Part shown: piece by piece, positions 32,641 to 40,499 of the stretch
Numbering within the stretch: position 1 is the stretch's first letter
How the letters are laid out: each line of letters begins with the position of its first letter
DNA from: Burkholderiales bacterium
GTDB taxonomy: Bacteria; Pseudomonadota; Gammaproteobacteria; Burkholderiales; WYBJ01
DNA length: 40,499 nucleotides
Reading direction: 5' to 3'
Assembly: GCA_044360365.1 (NCBI GenBank)
Contig: JBIKKL010000002.1
Location: 1 to 40,499 of the forward strand
The notes under the pieces: model-generated
What the model was told of the DNA's origin: nothing
The model's database searches: none
The model's input: the letters and a program-made list of their open reading frames with translations, nothing else
Translations under genes and position numbers: made by a program

Positions 32641-32731
32641 ATCCAGCTGCGGATCGCCCCTCGGGGGGGCCGCGCGTCAAGTTGCGGGGATTCGCCGTTT
32701 CGCGTAGCTTGCGCAGCCTTGCACCGTCTTC

Positions 32732-33139
32732 GTGATTCCCGTGTCCGACGTCCTGGTTCGTTCGCTCCGCTATGTCCGCGTGTGGTCGACCATCGGCTGG
32801 GGCTTCGTCGCGCTCGTCGTGTACCTTTCCCTCATGCGCCCGCCGGGCGTGATCGCTCCTCAGGTATTCGACCTCGGGCACCTCCTTGCCTACGCCTGGC
32901 TGATGCTGTGGTTTGCGCAGATTCATCGTCCTACCGGCGTGCGTCTCATCGTGGGTGCATGGCTTTGTGCTCTGGGCATCGCGATCGAGTTCGCACAAGG
33001 GCTGACCGGCTATCGCACGTTCGATTACGCCGACATGATCATGAACACGCTGGGGGTTGGGGTCGGTCTGCTGGTGGCGCGCACGCCCCTGCAAAATGCA
33101 CTCGCAGCGGTCGAACGCGGCATGCTTCGCCGAGCTTGA
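32732..33139 (+). CDS. VanZ-family membrane protein
   Basis: GTG start. DLGHLLAYAWLMLWF and IEFAQGLTGYRTFDYADMIMNTLGVGVG match the VanZ-like pattern. Confidence 0.75.
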   Translation: MIPVSDVLVRSLRYVRVWSTIGWGFVALVVYLSLMRPPGVIAPQVFDLGHLLAYAWLMLWFAQIHRPTGVRLIVGAWLCALGIAIEFAQGLTGYRTFDYADMIMNTLGVGVGLLVARTPLQNALAAVERGMLRRA

Positions 33140-33146
33140 AGGTCGA

Positions 33147-33788
33147 TCAGCGCTGTCGGGGATAGGTCGCCGTCGTCAGCGCCCGCATCGAGAGATACGT
33201 GACGCCGGCAACCAGCAGATGCCACATGAAGTGCGTGCCGAGCGCAAAGCGCTCGCAGACCGCGGCATCGAACGTACGCATGACGATGGCCACAAAAAGC
33301 ATTGCCGCAGCTCGCAACAACCAGGTTCGAAACCGAGGCTGCGTACGCCAGTGGTACACCCCGAGCCCCAGCGACATCGCGAGCGCCGGCGCATAGATCA
33401 GTGATCCGTTGAGCAGATGACCGAAGCCGCGGCAGTAAACCGCCAGTGCAAGATACGCCGCGACCATCGCCGCCGACACCCACCACGCCACGCCGATGAC
33501 GCGGCGCGAGTACGTCCACAGAAACAGCAGTTGCAGCAGCAGGATCGGCAGTTCGTCCAGCAGACGCGCCCATCCCGTCGCGAAGGTATGGAACAAAGCG
33601 CTGCCCGTGCCGATGGCCGCGATGAGGCCGATCAGCGTCAGCGTCGTCGCATCGAGCCGTCCGACCGCCCGGGCGTCTCGCCAGGCGTACCAGGCCGCGA
33701 CGAAGAACGCCGCATTGGTGATGGCATTGACCGGCTCGGCAAGCAGCCCGGGGCCGAGGCGCTCGCAGTAGAGGTCGTAGTAATCCAA
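33147..33788 (-). CDS. alkaline-ceramidase (ACER/YPC1, PF05875-like) family 7-TM membrane protein
   Basis: TTG start at 33788, 3 nt after the PrpD-family stop. YCERLGPGLLAEPVNAITNAAF, SALFHTFATGWARLLDELP and GTHFMWHLLVAG (H...HxxxH zinc-ligand pattern and the LLDELP motif as in eukaryotic alkaline ceramidases, from memory). Confidence 0.75.
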   Translation of the reverse strand: MDYYDLYCERLGPGLLAEPVNAITNAAFFVAAWYAWRDARAVGRLDATTLTLIGLIAAIGTGSALFHTFATGWARLLDELPILLLQLLFLWTYSRRVIGVAWWVSAAMVAAYLALAVYCRGFGHLLNGSLIYAPALAMSLGLGVYHWRTQPRFRTWLLRAAAMLFVAIVMRTFDAAVCERFALGTHFMWHLLVAGVTYLSMRALTTATYPRQR

Positions 33789-33791
33789 CGA

Positions 33792-35246
33792 TCAACGTAC
33801 CGTGCAGCAGTCGCCCAGCCAGTCCGCGCCCGGCGAGTTCGAGCCTTCTATCCATCCCGGTGCGGTGACGAAGCGCGCAAGGATTGCCTTGGGCCGCGCA
33901 TCGCGGTCCAGCCCGCGCACGCCATCGAGCACGTCGGCGAGCCGCTCTGCGGAGAGCGCATCGGCGACCGTGTCCTCGAAGAGGGCCGACAGCTCATCCC
34001 AGGTCATGCGCCGATGCGGACTGCCGCGCGGATGCGCGACGCGTTCGGTGAACTCACGCCCGTCAGAGAGCCTGATGGTGACACGCGACGGGACTTCTTC
34101 GGTGTTCGTGCCGGCCTCGATCTCGGGGTCCACCACGCAGCGTACTCGCGCCGACAGCGCCCGGATGGCATCGGCCTGCAACGCCGCTTCGTAGTCCTCG
34201 CGGCGTATCGCCGTCTGCGGCCCGCGCGTGCGTCCCATGGCGAGCGCCATCGCCAGACTGAACGGCACGCTCAACTGCGCGCTCTGCAGATCGGGCGGCT
34301 GCAGTTGCGTAAGCCGCCCCTGTATGACTTTGGGGATGCCGACTTCGACATCGACGATCCGATCGGGGAGGAGACCATGCCCGTGGCCGAGCGCGAGTCC
34401 TGCGTCGACGGAAGCCTGCAGCCGCCCCGCGCCCGCATGAATCTTGGTGCTCACTTCCATCAGGCGGAAGCCCTGACCGAGGTCGTCCGAGATTTTTCCC
34501 GGATCGGCCTGCTCCGAAAAACCGCGAAAGAAGCCTGCCTCGCCTTCGAGTATGTCGCGCGGGCCCCAAATGCCTGCCTTGGTGAGCAAGGCCGACATGA
34601 CGCCCGACTCCGCCGCGCGCGCACCGTTGAGTCGTTTGGTATGTCCGCCCGAGTGGTAGAACTGGGCGAGCCCGCCTGCATAGGCGCCCGCTGCACCAAG
34701 CGCCCCGGCCATGTCTTGCGAATCGAAGCGCAGCAATTTGCCGACTGCAATAGCGGCACCCAAGGCGCCGACCGTGGAGGTCGCCATGAAACCGCGATGA
34801 AAGAGCGACGGCTGGGTCGCCAGCCCGATGCGCAGCGAGGCTTCGTAGCCTACGATGGCCGCTTCGAGCAACGCGGGGCCCGAACTGTCTTCACGTTCGG
34901 CGATGGCCAGGACGGCGGGCAAAATGGAGGCCCCTGCATGATGCATCGACCCGACGTGCGTATCGTCGAGATCGCAGGCATGCGCATACGCGCCGTTCAC
35001 GAATGCTGCCCTGGCCGGATCGAGCTTCTCCCCGCTCAGCAGCAGGCTGCTGTTGCCGCGCCCGCCCAGATCGAGGGCCAGCCGGCGCGCCGAACGACTC
35101 CACGGCAGTCGCGCCCCGACCGCACAGACGCGCAGCAAGTCGAGCACCAGCGCCTTCATGCGCTCCACTACGAGATCGGGGGCCTGTTCCAGGCGGAATC
35201 CGGCGGCCCATTCGGCCAGAATCGCCGTCGTTCCCTTGTTCGTCAT
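33792..35246 (-). CDS. MmgE/PrpD-family protein (2-methylcitrate dehydratase-like)
   Basis: ATG at 35246 after GGAGAAG. ...AAFVNGAYAHACDLDDTHVGSMHHAGASILPAVLA... The track ORF start at 35369 is an extension. Confidence 0.85.
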   Translation of the reverse strand: MTNKGTTAILAEWAAGFRLEQAPDLVVERMKALVLDLLRVCAVGARLPWSRSARRLALDLGGRGNSSLLLSGEKLDPARAAFVNGAYAHACDLDDTHVGSMHHAGASILPAVLAIAEREDSSGPALLEAAIVGYEASLRIGLATQPSLFHRGFMATSTVGALGAAIAVGKLLRFDSQDMAGALGAAGAYAGGLAQFYHSGGHTKRLNGARAAESGVMSALLTKAGIWGPRDILEGEAGFFRGFSEQADPGKISDDLGQGFRLMEVSTKIHAGAGRLQASVDAGLALGHGHGLLPDRIVDVEVGIPKVIQGRLTQLQPPDLQSAQLSVPFSLAMALAMGRTRGPQTAIRREDYEAALQADAIRALSARVRCVVDPEIEAGTNTEEVPSRVTIRLSDGREFTERVAHPRGSPHRRMTWDELSALFEDTVADALSAERLADVLDGVRGLDRDARPKAILARFVTAPGWIEGSNSPGADWLGDCCTVR

Positions 35247-35386
35247 CGATCGCTTCTCCGGTCGGGGAAATGTGCACTGCAGTGTACGAAGCACATGCGT
35301 TCGTGCGGCAGGTGCGCTAATGTAGACGAGCAAGGATGCGCTTGCCAACGCTGCACCCGACTCACCCACGTTCCAGGAGAAGCTCC

Positions 35387-35893
35387 ATGTCGCTCACGAT
35401 GCATACCTGTTCGGTTCGTACCTTCCAACGCCATCTGCGCGGTCTCGCCAACTGTCTGACGAAGGCCAAGACGCTCTACCAGGAGAAGAAGTACGACGAG
35501 GCCTCGCTCGTCAACTATCGGCTGTTCCCCGACATGTTCGACTTCGCGCGTCAGGTGCGAATGTCGACGATGCATGCCTGTCAATGTACCGAGCTGCTGT
35601 CCGGCGTGGCCCGGCCGACGTTCGAGGACAACGAAAAAACGCTCGAAGAGCTCGTTGCCCGGGTGCAGAAGACGATCGACTACCTCGCCGGCGTCAAAGC
35701 CGAGCAGATCGACGGTACCGAAGGCAAGTCCGTCGTGGTCAAGATGGGTGCGCGCGAGGTGACCTTCACCGGCACCGATCTGCTGCTCAAGCGCTCGCTG
35801 CCGAACTTCTACTTCCACGTCACCACCGCCTACAACATCCTCCGCCACAACGGGGTCGAGATCGGCAAGGGCGACTTCATGGGCGCCAGCTGA
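35387..35893 (+). CDS. DUF1993-family protein
   Basis: AGGAGAAG before the ATG at 35387. The C-terminal SLPNFYFHVTTAYNILRHNGVEIGKGDFMG is the DUF1993 hallmark as I remember it. Confidence 0.8.
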   Translation: MSLTMHTCSVRTFQRHLRGLANCLTKAKTLYQEKKYDEASLVNYRLFPDMFDFARQVRMSTMHACQCTELLSGVARPTFEDNEKTLEELVARVQKTIDYLAGVKAEQIDGTEGKSVVVKMGAREVTFTGTDLLLKRSLPNFYFHVTTAYNILRHNGVEIGKGDFMGAS

Positions 35894-35929
35894 CATCCAA
35901 GCGGCAATGACGATGCGACCGGATCGGCT

Positions 35930-37000
35930 TCAACTCATGCGATCCGGGTCGCGATCGACGCGATCGCTGGTGATGTCGGCGATGCGGGCGCAGCCCGCCA
36001 ACGCCATCGTCATCTCGAACTCGTCGCGCAACAGCCTGATCACGCGCGCAACGCCCAGCGCGCCCTCCGCAGCCAGTCCCCAGATCGCAGGCCGCCCGAT
36101 CATGACACCGGACGCGCCGAGCGCAAGCGCGATGAACACATCGTTCCCGCTGCGCACGCCGCCGTCGACCAGTATCGGCACACGACCATCGATACGGAGG
36201 GCGTTGCGCTCGAGCGCGCGGATGCTCGTCGGCGCCGCCGACAGCACACGGAGCCCGTGGTTCGAAATAGCGACGCCGTCGCAGCCGGCGGCGATGGCAC
36301 GCTCGGCATCGTCGGGATGCAGCACACCCTTCAGTACCAGCGGACGTTTGCCGACCTGCTTGCGCAGCCAATCGACATCCTCCCAGGTCGGGGCCTGGGC
36401 CATCCAGCCGTCGAAGACTTCGCTTGCGCCCGGATCGACCTTCAGCTGAGATTCGCCGACATCGAGATTGACGGCACGAACCGCCGGCGGCAGCGCCATC
36501 GTGGCTCGCTTGATCGGTGCATCGATGGTAAACACCACCGTGAAGAACCCGGCGGCGAGGGCACGATCCAGCAGACGGGCCGTGGCCTCGCGATTCCCCT
36601 GCCAGTAGAGCTGGAACCAGGGGGCGGCGCCTTCGACAGCATTGGCGGCTTGAGCAATCTCGGCGAACGACCGGCTCGCAAGACTGCTCACGAGCATCTG
36701 CCCGCCCTGAGCCGCTGCGGCGGCGGCGCAGGTGGCTTCGCCATCGGCGTGGAACAGGCCCTGATAGGCCACGGGTGCGAGGAGAATCGGATGATCGAGC
36801 GATTCGCCGAAGAGGGTGATGGCCGTGCTGCCGCCGCGCACGTCGACCGGCGGCCGGGGAACGATGTCCCATGTGCTCAAGGCACGTTCGTTGCGCCCGA
36901 TGCCGCCGTCCTGCAAGTAATGCCAAACGGCAGCGGGCAACCGCGACTTCGCATGCGCCGCGTAGTCGCTCAGCAACCCGATGCGACAATCGTCGTTCAT
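35930..37000 (-). CDS. FMN-dependent alpha-hydroxy-acid dehydrogenase/oxidase (LldD / glycolate-oxidase family)
   Basis: ...[17 protein letters not shown]..., [12 protein letters not shown] (HGxR catalytic motif), [29 protein letters not shown]. Confidence 0.85.
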   Translation of the reverse strand: MNDDCRIGLLSDYAAHAKSRLPAAVWHYLQDGGIGRNERALSTWDIVPRPPVDVRGGSTAITLFGESLDHPILLAPVAYQGLFHADGEATCAAAAAAQGGQMLVSSLASRSFAEIAQAANAVEGAAPWFQLYWQGNREATARLLDRALAAGFFTVVFTIDAPIKRATMALPPAVRAVNLDVGESQLKVDPGASEVFDGWMAQAPTWEDVDWLRKQVGKRPLVLKGVLHPDDAERAIAAGCDGVAISNHGLRVLSAAPTSIRALERNALRIDGRVPILVDGGVRSGNDVFIALALGASGVMIGRPAIWGLAAEGALGVARVIRLLRDEFEMTMALAGCARIADITSDRVDRDPDRMS

Positions 37001-37230
37001 GCGCTGTCGGCCCAGCGCCGCAGCAGATTGTGATACGTCGCGGTCAACCGGGTAACGGGCGCGGTCTCACCAAGCTCCTCGCGCAATGCGAGCAATGCCA
37101 TGTCCATATCGTAGAGCAGGCGACGGGCGCCCGCGCTGAGTTCGCCGGACGAACGGGTACGAAGTTGGGCTTCTGAAGAGGTCGTACGGGAAGGGCTCCC
37201 CGGACGCAGCACTTTGCGTCGTGTAGACAT
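36997..37230 (-). CDS. possible 77-aa protein coupled to the FMN dehydrogenase (hypothetical)
   Basis: ATG at 37230 lies 6 nt after GGAG. Its stop overlaps the next ATG (ATGA at 36997-37000). Third-position GC is lower than neighbours and no family was recognised. Confidence 0.3.
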   Translation of the reverse strand: MSTRRKVLRPGSPSRTTSSEAQLRTRSSGELSAGARRLLYDMDMALLALREELGETAPVTRLTATYHNLLRRWADSA

Positions 37231-37319
37231 CGGTGGCTCCGTAGCGTTTGGGGGTTCATGGCTGGCTATCGGGCGACCGAGTGTCTGGCTGGGTTATCGG
37301 CTTTTGAAAAGCGGTGCGG

Positions 37320-37745
37320 TCAGGGCGCCTGCACCTCCGGATCGGATACGAAGCCGATCTTGCTCAAACCGACGCGAGCGGCCAGTCCGAGGATCTTGGC
37401 GACCTTCTGGTATTCCGTCGTGCGATCGGCGCGGATATGCAGTTCCGGCTGCGGATCCTTCGCCGCCGACTCTCGCATGCGTTCCGTGAGCGTGTCGAAG
37501 TTGACGGTTTCTCCGTTCCAGAACACTTCGCCATCGGCGCGCACGGCGAGCTGGATGTGGTCCGGCTGAGTGTGATTGGGTTGACTCGACACGCGAGGCA
37601 GATCCACCTTCACCGAATGCGTGAGCAGCGGCGCGGTAATGATGAAGATCACGAGCAGTACCAGCATGACGTCGATCAGCGGAACCATGTTGATCTCCGC
37701 GTTCGGCGCTTGGGCACTGCCGCTGCCGAAGTTTCCGAAGGCCAT
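37320..37745 (-). CDS. exbD: ExbD/TolR-family biopolymer transport protein
   Basis: ATG at 37745. EINMVPLIDVMLVLLVIFIITAP ... HIRADRTTEYQKVAKILGLAARVG. Confidence 0.9.
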   Translation of the reverse strand: MAFGNFGSGSAQAPNAEINMVPLIDVMLVLLVIFIITAPLLTHSVKVDLPRVSSQPNHTQPDHIQLAVRADGEVFWNGETVNFDTLTERMRESAAKDPQPELHIRADRTTEYQKVAKILGLAARVGLSKIGFVSDPEVQAP

Positions 37746-37750
37746 CGCGG

Positions 37751-38500
37751 TCAGGCTCCGGCCGGCGCGACGTTGGAGGAAGCCGACTCCGGGATCGCTG
37801 GCTCGTCGTCCTCGCCGACCGCGGATCCCGTCGTGAGCAGCGCGAACAGATCGTGCGCAAACGAGTCCAGACGAGCGAGGAACATGCGGTTGCGGCGAAC
37901 GCTGAAGTTGTAGGCAAGGACCGCTGGGACGGCGACCGCGAGACCGAGTGCGGTCATGATGAGTGCCTCGCCCACCGGCCCGGCGACCTTGTCGAGCGTT
38001 CCCTGCCCGCTCATGCCGATGCTGACGAGCGCGTGGTAGACGCCCCATACCGTGCCGAACAGGCCAACGAATGGCGCCGTACTGCCGATCGAGGCGAGCA
38101 TCGTCAATCCGTGCTCGCTGCGCGCCGTCTCCTCGTCGATGACGCGCCGTATCGACCGAGTGAGAAATTCGTTCTGTGTGCCGCCTTCGGCGAGCGTGCT
38201 GGATGCATGTCGCTTGTGATGCCGGATCGAAGTGATCGCATGCTCGGCGAGCCGCGCAAAGGGATCCCTCGCCTTTTCCCTGGAGAGATACGCAGTCACG
38301 GCCTGGACCGACGGCGCGCTCCAGAACACTTGCAGAAACTGGCGCGTGTCGGCGCGGGTCCGAGCCGCTTGCACGACGCGCACGACGATCAGATACCAGG
38401 TGATCAAGCTCATCCCGAGCAAAATCACGAGCAGCGTCATGCCGACCGCATCGGTCTGGCCGATGAAATGGGCAATGCCCAGGGTGGACTGTGGTTCCAA
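37751..38500 (-). CDS. exbB: MotA/TolQ/ExbB proton-channel protein
   Basis: TTG start at 38500, 3 nt after the TonB stop. LASIGSTAPFVGLFGTVWGV...AGPVGEALIMTALGLAVAVPAVLAYN. Confidence 0.9.
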   Translation of the reverse strand: MEPQSTLGIAHFIGQTDAVGMTLLVILLGMSLITWYLIVVRVVQAARTRADTRQFLQVFWSAPSVQAVTAYLSREKARDPFARLAEHAITSIRHHKRHASSTLAEGGTQNEFLTRSIRRVIDEETARSEHGLTMLASIGSTAPFVGLFGTVWGVYHALVSIGMSGQGTLDKVAGPVGEALIMTALGLAVAVPAVLAYNFSVRRNRMFLARLDSFAHDLFALLTTGSAVGEDDEPAIPESASSNVAPAGA

Positions 38501-38503
38501 AGC

Positions 38504-39226
38504 TCAGCTCCTCAGATTGAATACGATCGGGACGATGACGAATGCGCTGACCGGATCATTGCCGCGTTTTGCCGGCACGAACTTCCAGCGCCGCACGGTC
38601 TCGAGAGCGACGTTGTCCAGCCGCTCGAATCCGCTCGACGTACGAACGACAACGCTCGTCGGCATGCCCTGTTCATCCACGTGCACGCGCAGCAGCACCT
38701 TTCCTTGTTCCCCCAATCGGCGCGATACCGACGGATACGATGGCGCCGGATTGTTGAGATACGCAGCGTCGAACTTCGGGTCGATGACCGGTGCAGGTGG
38801 CGGCGGCGCCGGGGGCGCAGGGGGTGCTGCAACGACGGGAGCCGGCACTGGCGCGGCAGGCGGAACCTCGCGGGCAGCAGGGTCGGCGGGCGCCGCGCTC
38901 GCAATGATGGGGACGTCTGTGGGCGGCGTTGGCGTCGGCGACGTTTGCGTGACCGGGACCGGGCGCTTCGGCTGAGGCACCGGGCGCTTCACGACCGGCT
39001 TGGGCCTGGGCGGCTCGACGATCGGTTCCGGCGACCTGGGTTTCGGTACCTCGACCAGGCTGACGACGATGGGCTTGGGCAACTCCAAAGTCCGCTGGGG
39101 AGGCGCGACACGCAACAGCACCACAATGAGCGCTGCATGCAACACGACTGCGACGACAGCCGCTGTGACCCGCGCGCTTCGCTCCGCGGACGGCAGATCG
39201 GAACCGGGACGAGAATATTCGGACAT
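38504..39226 (-). CDS. tonB: TonB energy transducer
   Basis: ATG at 39226. N-terminal TM AAVVAVVLHAALIVVLL, a Pro-rich spacer (KPRSPEPIVEPPRPKPVVKRPVPQPKRP...APPAPPAPPPPAP) and the C-terminal domain YPSVSRRLGEQGKVLLRVHVDEQG...VRRWKFVPA. Confidence 0.85.
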   Translation of the reverse strand: MSEYSRPGSDLPSAERSARVTAAVVAVVLHAALIVVLLRVAPPQRTLELPKPIVVSLVEVPKPRSPEPIVEPPRPKPVVKRPVPQPKRPVPVTQTSPTPTPPTDVPIIASAAPADPAAREVPPAAPVPAPVVAAPPAPPAPPPPAPVIDPKFDAAYLNNPAPSYPSVSRRLGEQGKVLLRVHVDEQGMPTSVVVRTSSGFERLDNVALETVRRWKFVPAKRGNDPVSAFVIVPIVFNLRS

Positions 39227-39290
39227 CGCCGTGGTCGGAATGCGATGGACGGCCTGGCACCGAATGTAGCCGGAATTCCGCATCGCAACG

Positions 39291-39479
39291 TCAAGCCGTC
39301 AGTATGAGCTTCCCGCTGCTCGTGAGGCGCAGACGATACTCTCGGCCACCGTGAACGATCAACACTTCGCGTCGGACGCCGAGCAGTTCGCGAACGTCGA
39401 TGCGCCGCGTCGGCGTCATCGGTTCGGCGTTCATCGTGCTGCACCGTGAAGCGGAAGACGTTTGAGAGGGTTTGTCCAT
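39291..39479 (-). CDS. hemP: hemin-uptake protein HemP
   Basis: The C-terminus IDVRELLGVRREVLIVHGGREYRLRLTSSGKLILTA is the HemP signature. The start is uncertain (ATG 39479 or 39434). The track start at 39569 lies inside the AT-rich promoter region. Confidence 0.7.
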   Translation of the reverse strand: MDKPSQTSSASRCSTMNAEPMTPTRRIDVRELLGVRREVLIVHGGREYRLRLTSSGKLILTA

Positions 39480-39548
39480 CACGGGAAACAACTTGGGGCA
39501 GGGTTGGGATCGAAGCCGATGCAGAAAAGATCGTCGCGCATCACCGTC

Positions 39549-39597
39549 GCTAATAATAATGCTTCGCATTTAATATCGACAGTGATGGTCTTTAGAA
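39549..39597 (-). promoter_or_regulatory. AT-rich promoter region with a candidate Fur box upstream of hemP-tonB-exbBD
   Basis: GCTAATAATAATGCTTCGCATTTAATATCGACAGTGATGGTCTTTAGAA is the only markedly AT-rich stretch in the window. The minus-strand AATGCGAAGCATTATTATT matches about 10 of 19 positions of GATAATGATAATCATTATC by eye, best in the right half. The context (hemP, tonB) fits iron regulation. Confidence 0.35.
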
Positions 39598-39816
39598 CGG
39601 ACACGCCCGAGAGCTTCCAAACCTGTCCTGTCATCATGACCATCGGATTTTGCTCAACTACTCAGCGCGCGGCGCAGCTCGGACCATGCGGTCGAGCAAT
39701 CGGGATTCCCGATGGACGTCGGCACTTTACCAACCGGGGCGCCCCGCCATCTTCCCCGCCCAAGGCGTCGAGGATCAGCGCTTCAAGCGCAGCGAACCTC
39801 GTTGATCACATTTCGC

Positions 39817-40499
39817 TCAGGTGCGAGGTGCTCGACGTCGACGTCCGGTCGTCACGCCCTTCAAGTAGTCATCGAGCTCGCGCTTGTTGCGCACCCGGAA
39901 CGATTGAAAGTCGGGCTTGCGATCCTCGATGAAGGCGTTGAGCCCTTCGACCGACTCCTCCGAACCGCGGGCATGCGACAGGAACTCCATGCCATGCTGC
40001 CAGGAAGCGTAGAGCTGATCGGACTCGAAGTTGAGCGAGCGCTTGATGAGCCGCAGCGCGAGCGGACTGTGACCCTTGAGGGTTCGACACCACCTGGCGG
40101 TTTCCGCCAGCAATTCACGTGGCGGTACGCACCGGTTGATGAGCCCGATGTCGACAGCCTCCTGCGCGTGAAAGCGGCGCGCCAGAAACATCATTTCGCG
40201 TGCCAGGCGCTCGCCGATCAGACGCGCCAGATACTGCGTCGCGCCGAGTGTCGGCAGCGTGCCCAGCCTCGCGCCCGTGAGGCCGAACACGGCGTTCTCG
40301 GAGGCAATGACGAGATCGCACCACAGGGTGAGTTCGTGGCCCGCGCCCATGCACCAGCCGTTGACCATGGCGATGACGGGTACGGGCGCGCCGCGCATCG
40401 CCATCGCCAACGCCAGCACCCGCTCGTTCCACATGCTCGCGGTCTGCGGCGAAAGGCGTCGGGTCGCATGGAAATCGCCCCCGGCACAGAACGATTTCT
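39817..40499 (-). CDS. enoyl-CoA hydratase/isomerase (crotonase) family protein, partial (N-terminus beyond the right window edge)
   Basis: The frame stays open upstream of the track ATG at 40434: ...KSFCAGGDFHATRRLSPQTASMWNERV.... VIAMVNGWCMGAGHELTLWCDLVIASENAVFGL shows the oxyanion-hole motifs. There is an unusual basic C-terminal tail of about 30 aa. Confidence 0.85.
   Translation of the reverse strand, partial: KSFCAGGDFHATRRLSPQTASMWNERVLALAMAMRGAPVPVIAMVNGWCMGAGHELTLWCDLVIASENAVFGLTGARLGTLPTLGATQYLARLIGERLAREMMFLARRFHAQEAVDIGLINRCVPPRELLAETARWCRTLKGHSPLALRLIKRSLNFESDQLYASWQHGMEFLSHARGSEESVEGLNAFIEDRKPDFQSFRVRNKRELDDYLKGVTTGRRRRAPRT

Noticed and set aside
33417-35459. 680-aa plus-strand ORF
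   Set aside because: Antisense to the PrpD-family and ceramidase-like genes, with an Arg-rich, featureless translation.
38780-38960. Repetitive GC-rich DNA (GGCGGC/GCAGG runs) that might be a tandem repeat or CRISPR-like array
   Set aside because: It encodes the Pro/Ala-rich spacer of TonB (APPAPPAPPPPAP, PVPAPVV). There is no unit/spacer periodicity and no cas genes.
39480-39569. Longer HemP ORF starting at 39569
   Set aside because: That start codon lies inside the AT-rich promoter/Fur-box tract, and the added residues (MRSIIISDGDARRSF...) do not resemble HemP. The shorter starts fit the usual 50-70-aa size.
1-40499. Genomic island, prophage or defence island interpretation
   Set aside because: There are no integrase, transposase, tRNA, flanking direct repeats, nuclease/helicase/ATPase defence-type genes or compositional break. 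The only AT-rich patch is a promoter-sized tract at 39549-39597.

Overview
GC-rich, gene-dense chromosomal segment that looks like a Burkholderiales-type betaproteobacterium: three orphan Bug/TctC-family binding proteins, two family-III CoA-transferases and many acyl-CoA enzymes. I call about 43 protein-coding genes plus a few palindromic repeat elements. I found no rRNA, tRNA, CRISPR, transposase, integrase or phage genes, and no recognisable transcription factor. Layout: (1) 1-4050, SDR, quinone oxidoreductase and two Bug genes, one bracketed by an unusual palindromic repeat; (2) 4053-13409 (minus), one long co-directional array running acyl-CoA ligase, SDR, acyl-CoA dehydrogenase, two 3-hydroxyacyl-CoA dehydrogenase-type genes, CoA-transferase, then unexpectedly an exported TPR protein and a signal-peptide methyltransferase; (3) 13669-17528, D-aminoacylase-family amidohydrolase, MenB/BadI-type crotonase and a second CoA-transferase; (4) 17764-19811 (plus), copper module of DUF2946, small membrane protein, PCu(A)C chaperone and a methyltransferase; (5) 19887-24652 (plus), a translationally coupled four-gene membrane-lipid operon that matches my recollection of E. 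coli ynbABCD and whose product is unknown. This is my best candidate for a poorly described system; (6) 24661-29890 (minus), maleate-isomerase-like, FAD oxidoreductase, two paralogous uncharacterised proteins, Bug and an NTF2-like protein; (7) 30069-33139, MFS, an EgtB-like sulfoxide synthase with no EgtD, and VanZ; (8) 33147-37230, ceramidase-like membrane protein, MmgE/PrpD, DUF1993 and an FMN alpha-hydroxy-acid dehydrogenase; (9) 37320-39600, hemP-tonB-exbB-exbD behind the only AT-rich stretch of the window; (10) a partial crotonase at the right edge. All functional calls rest on motifs read by eye in the translations; no database search was possible. The many long ORFs antisense to these genes are typical high-GC artefacts.
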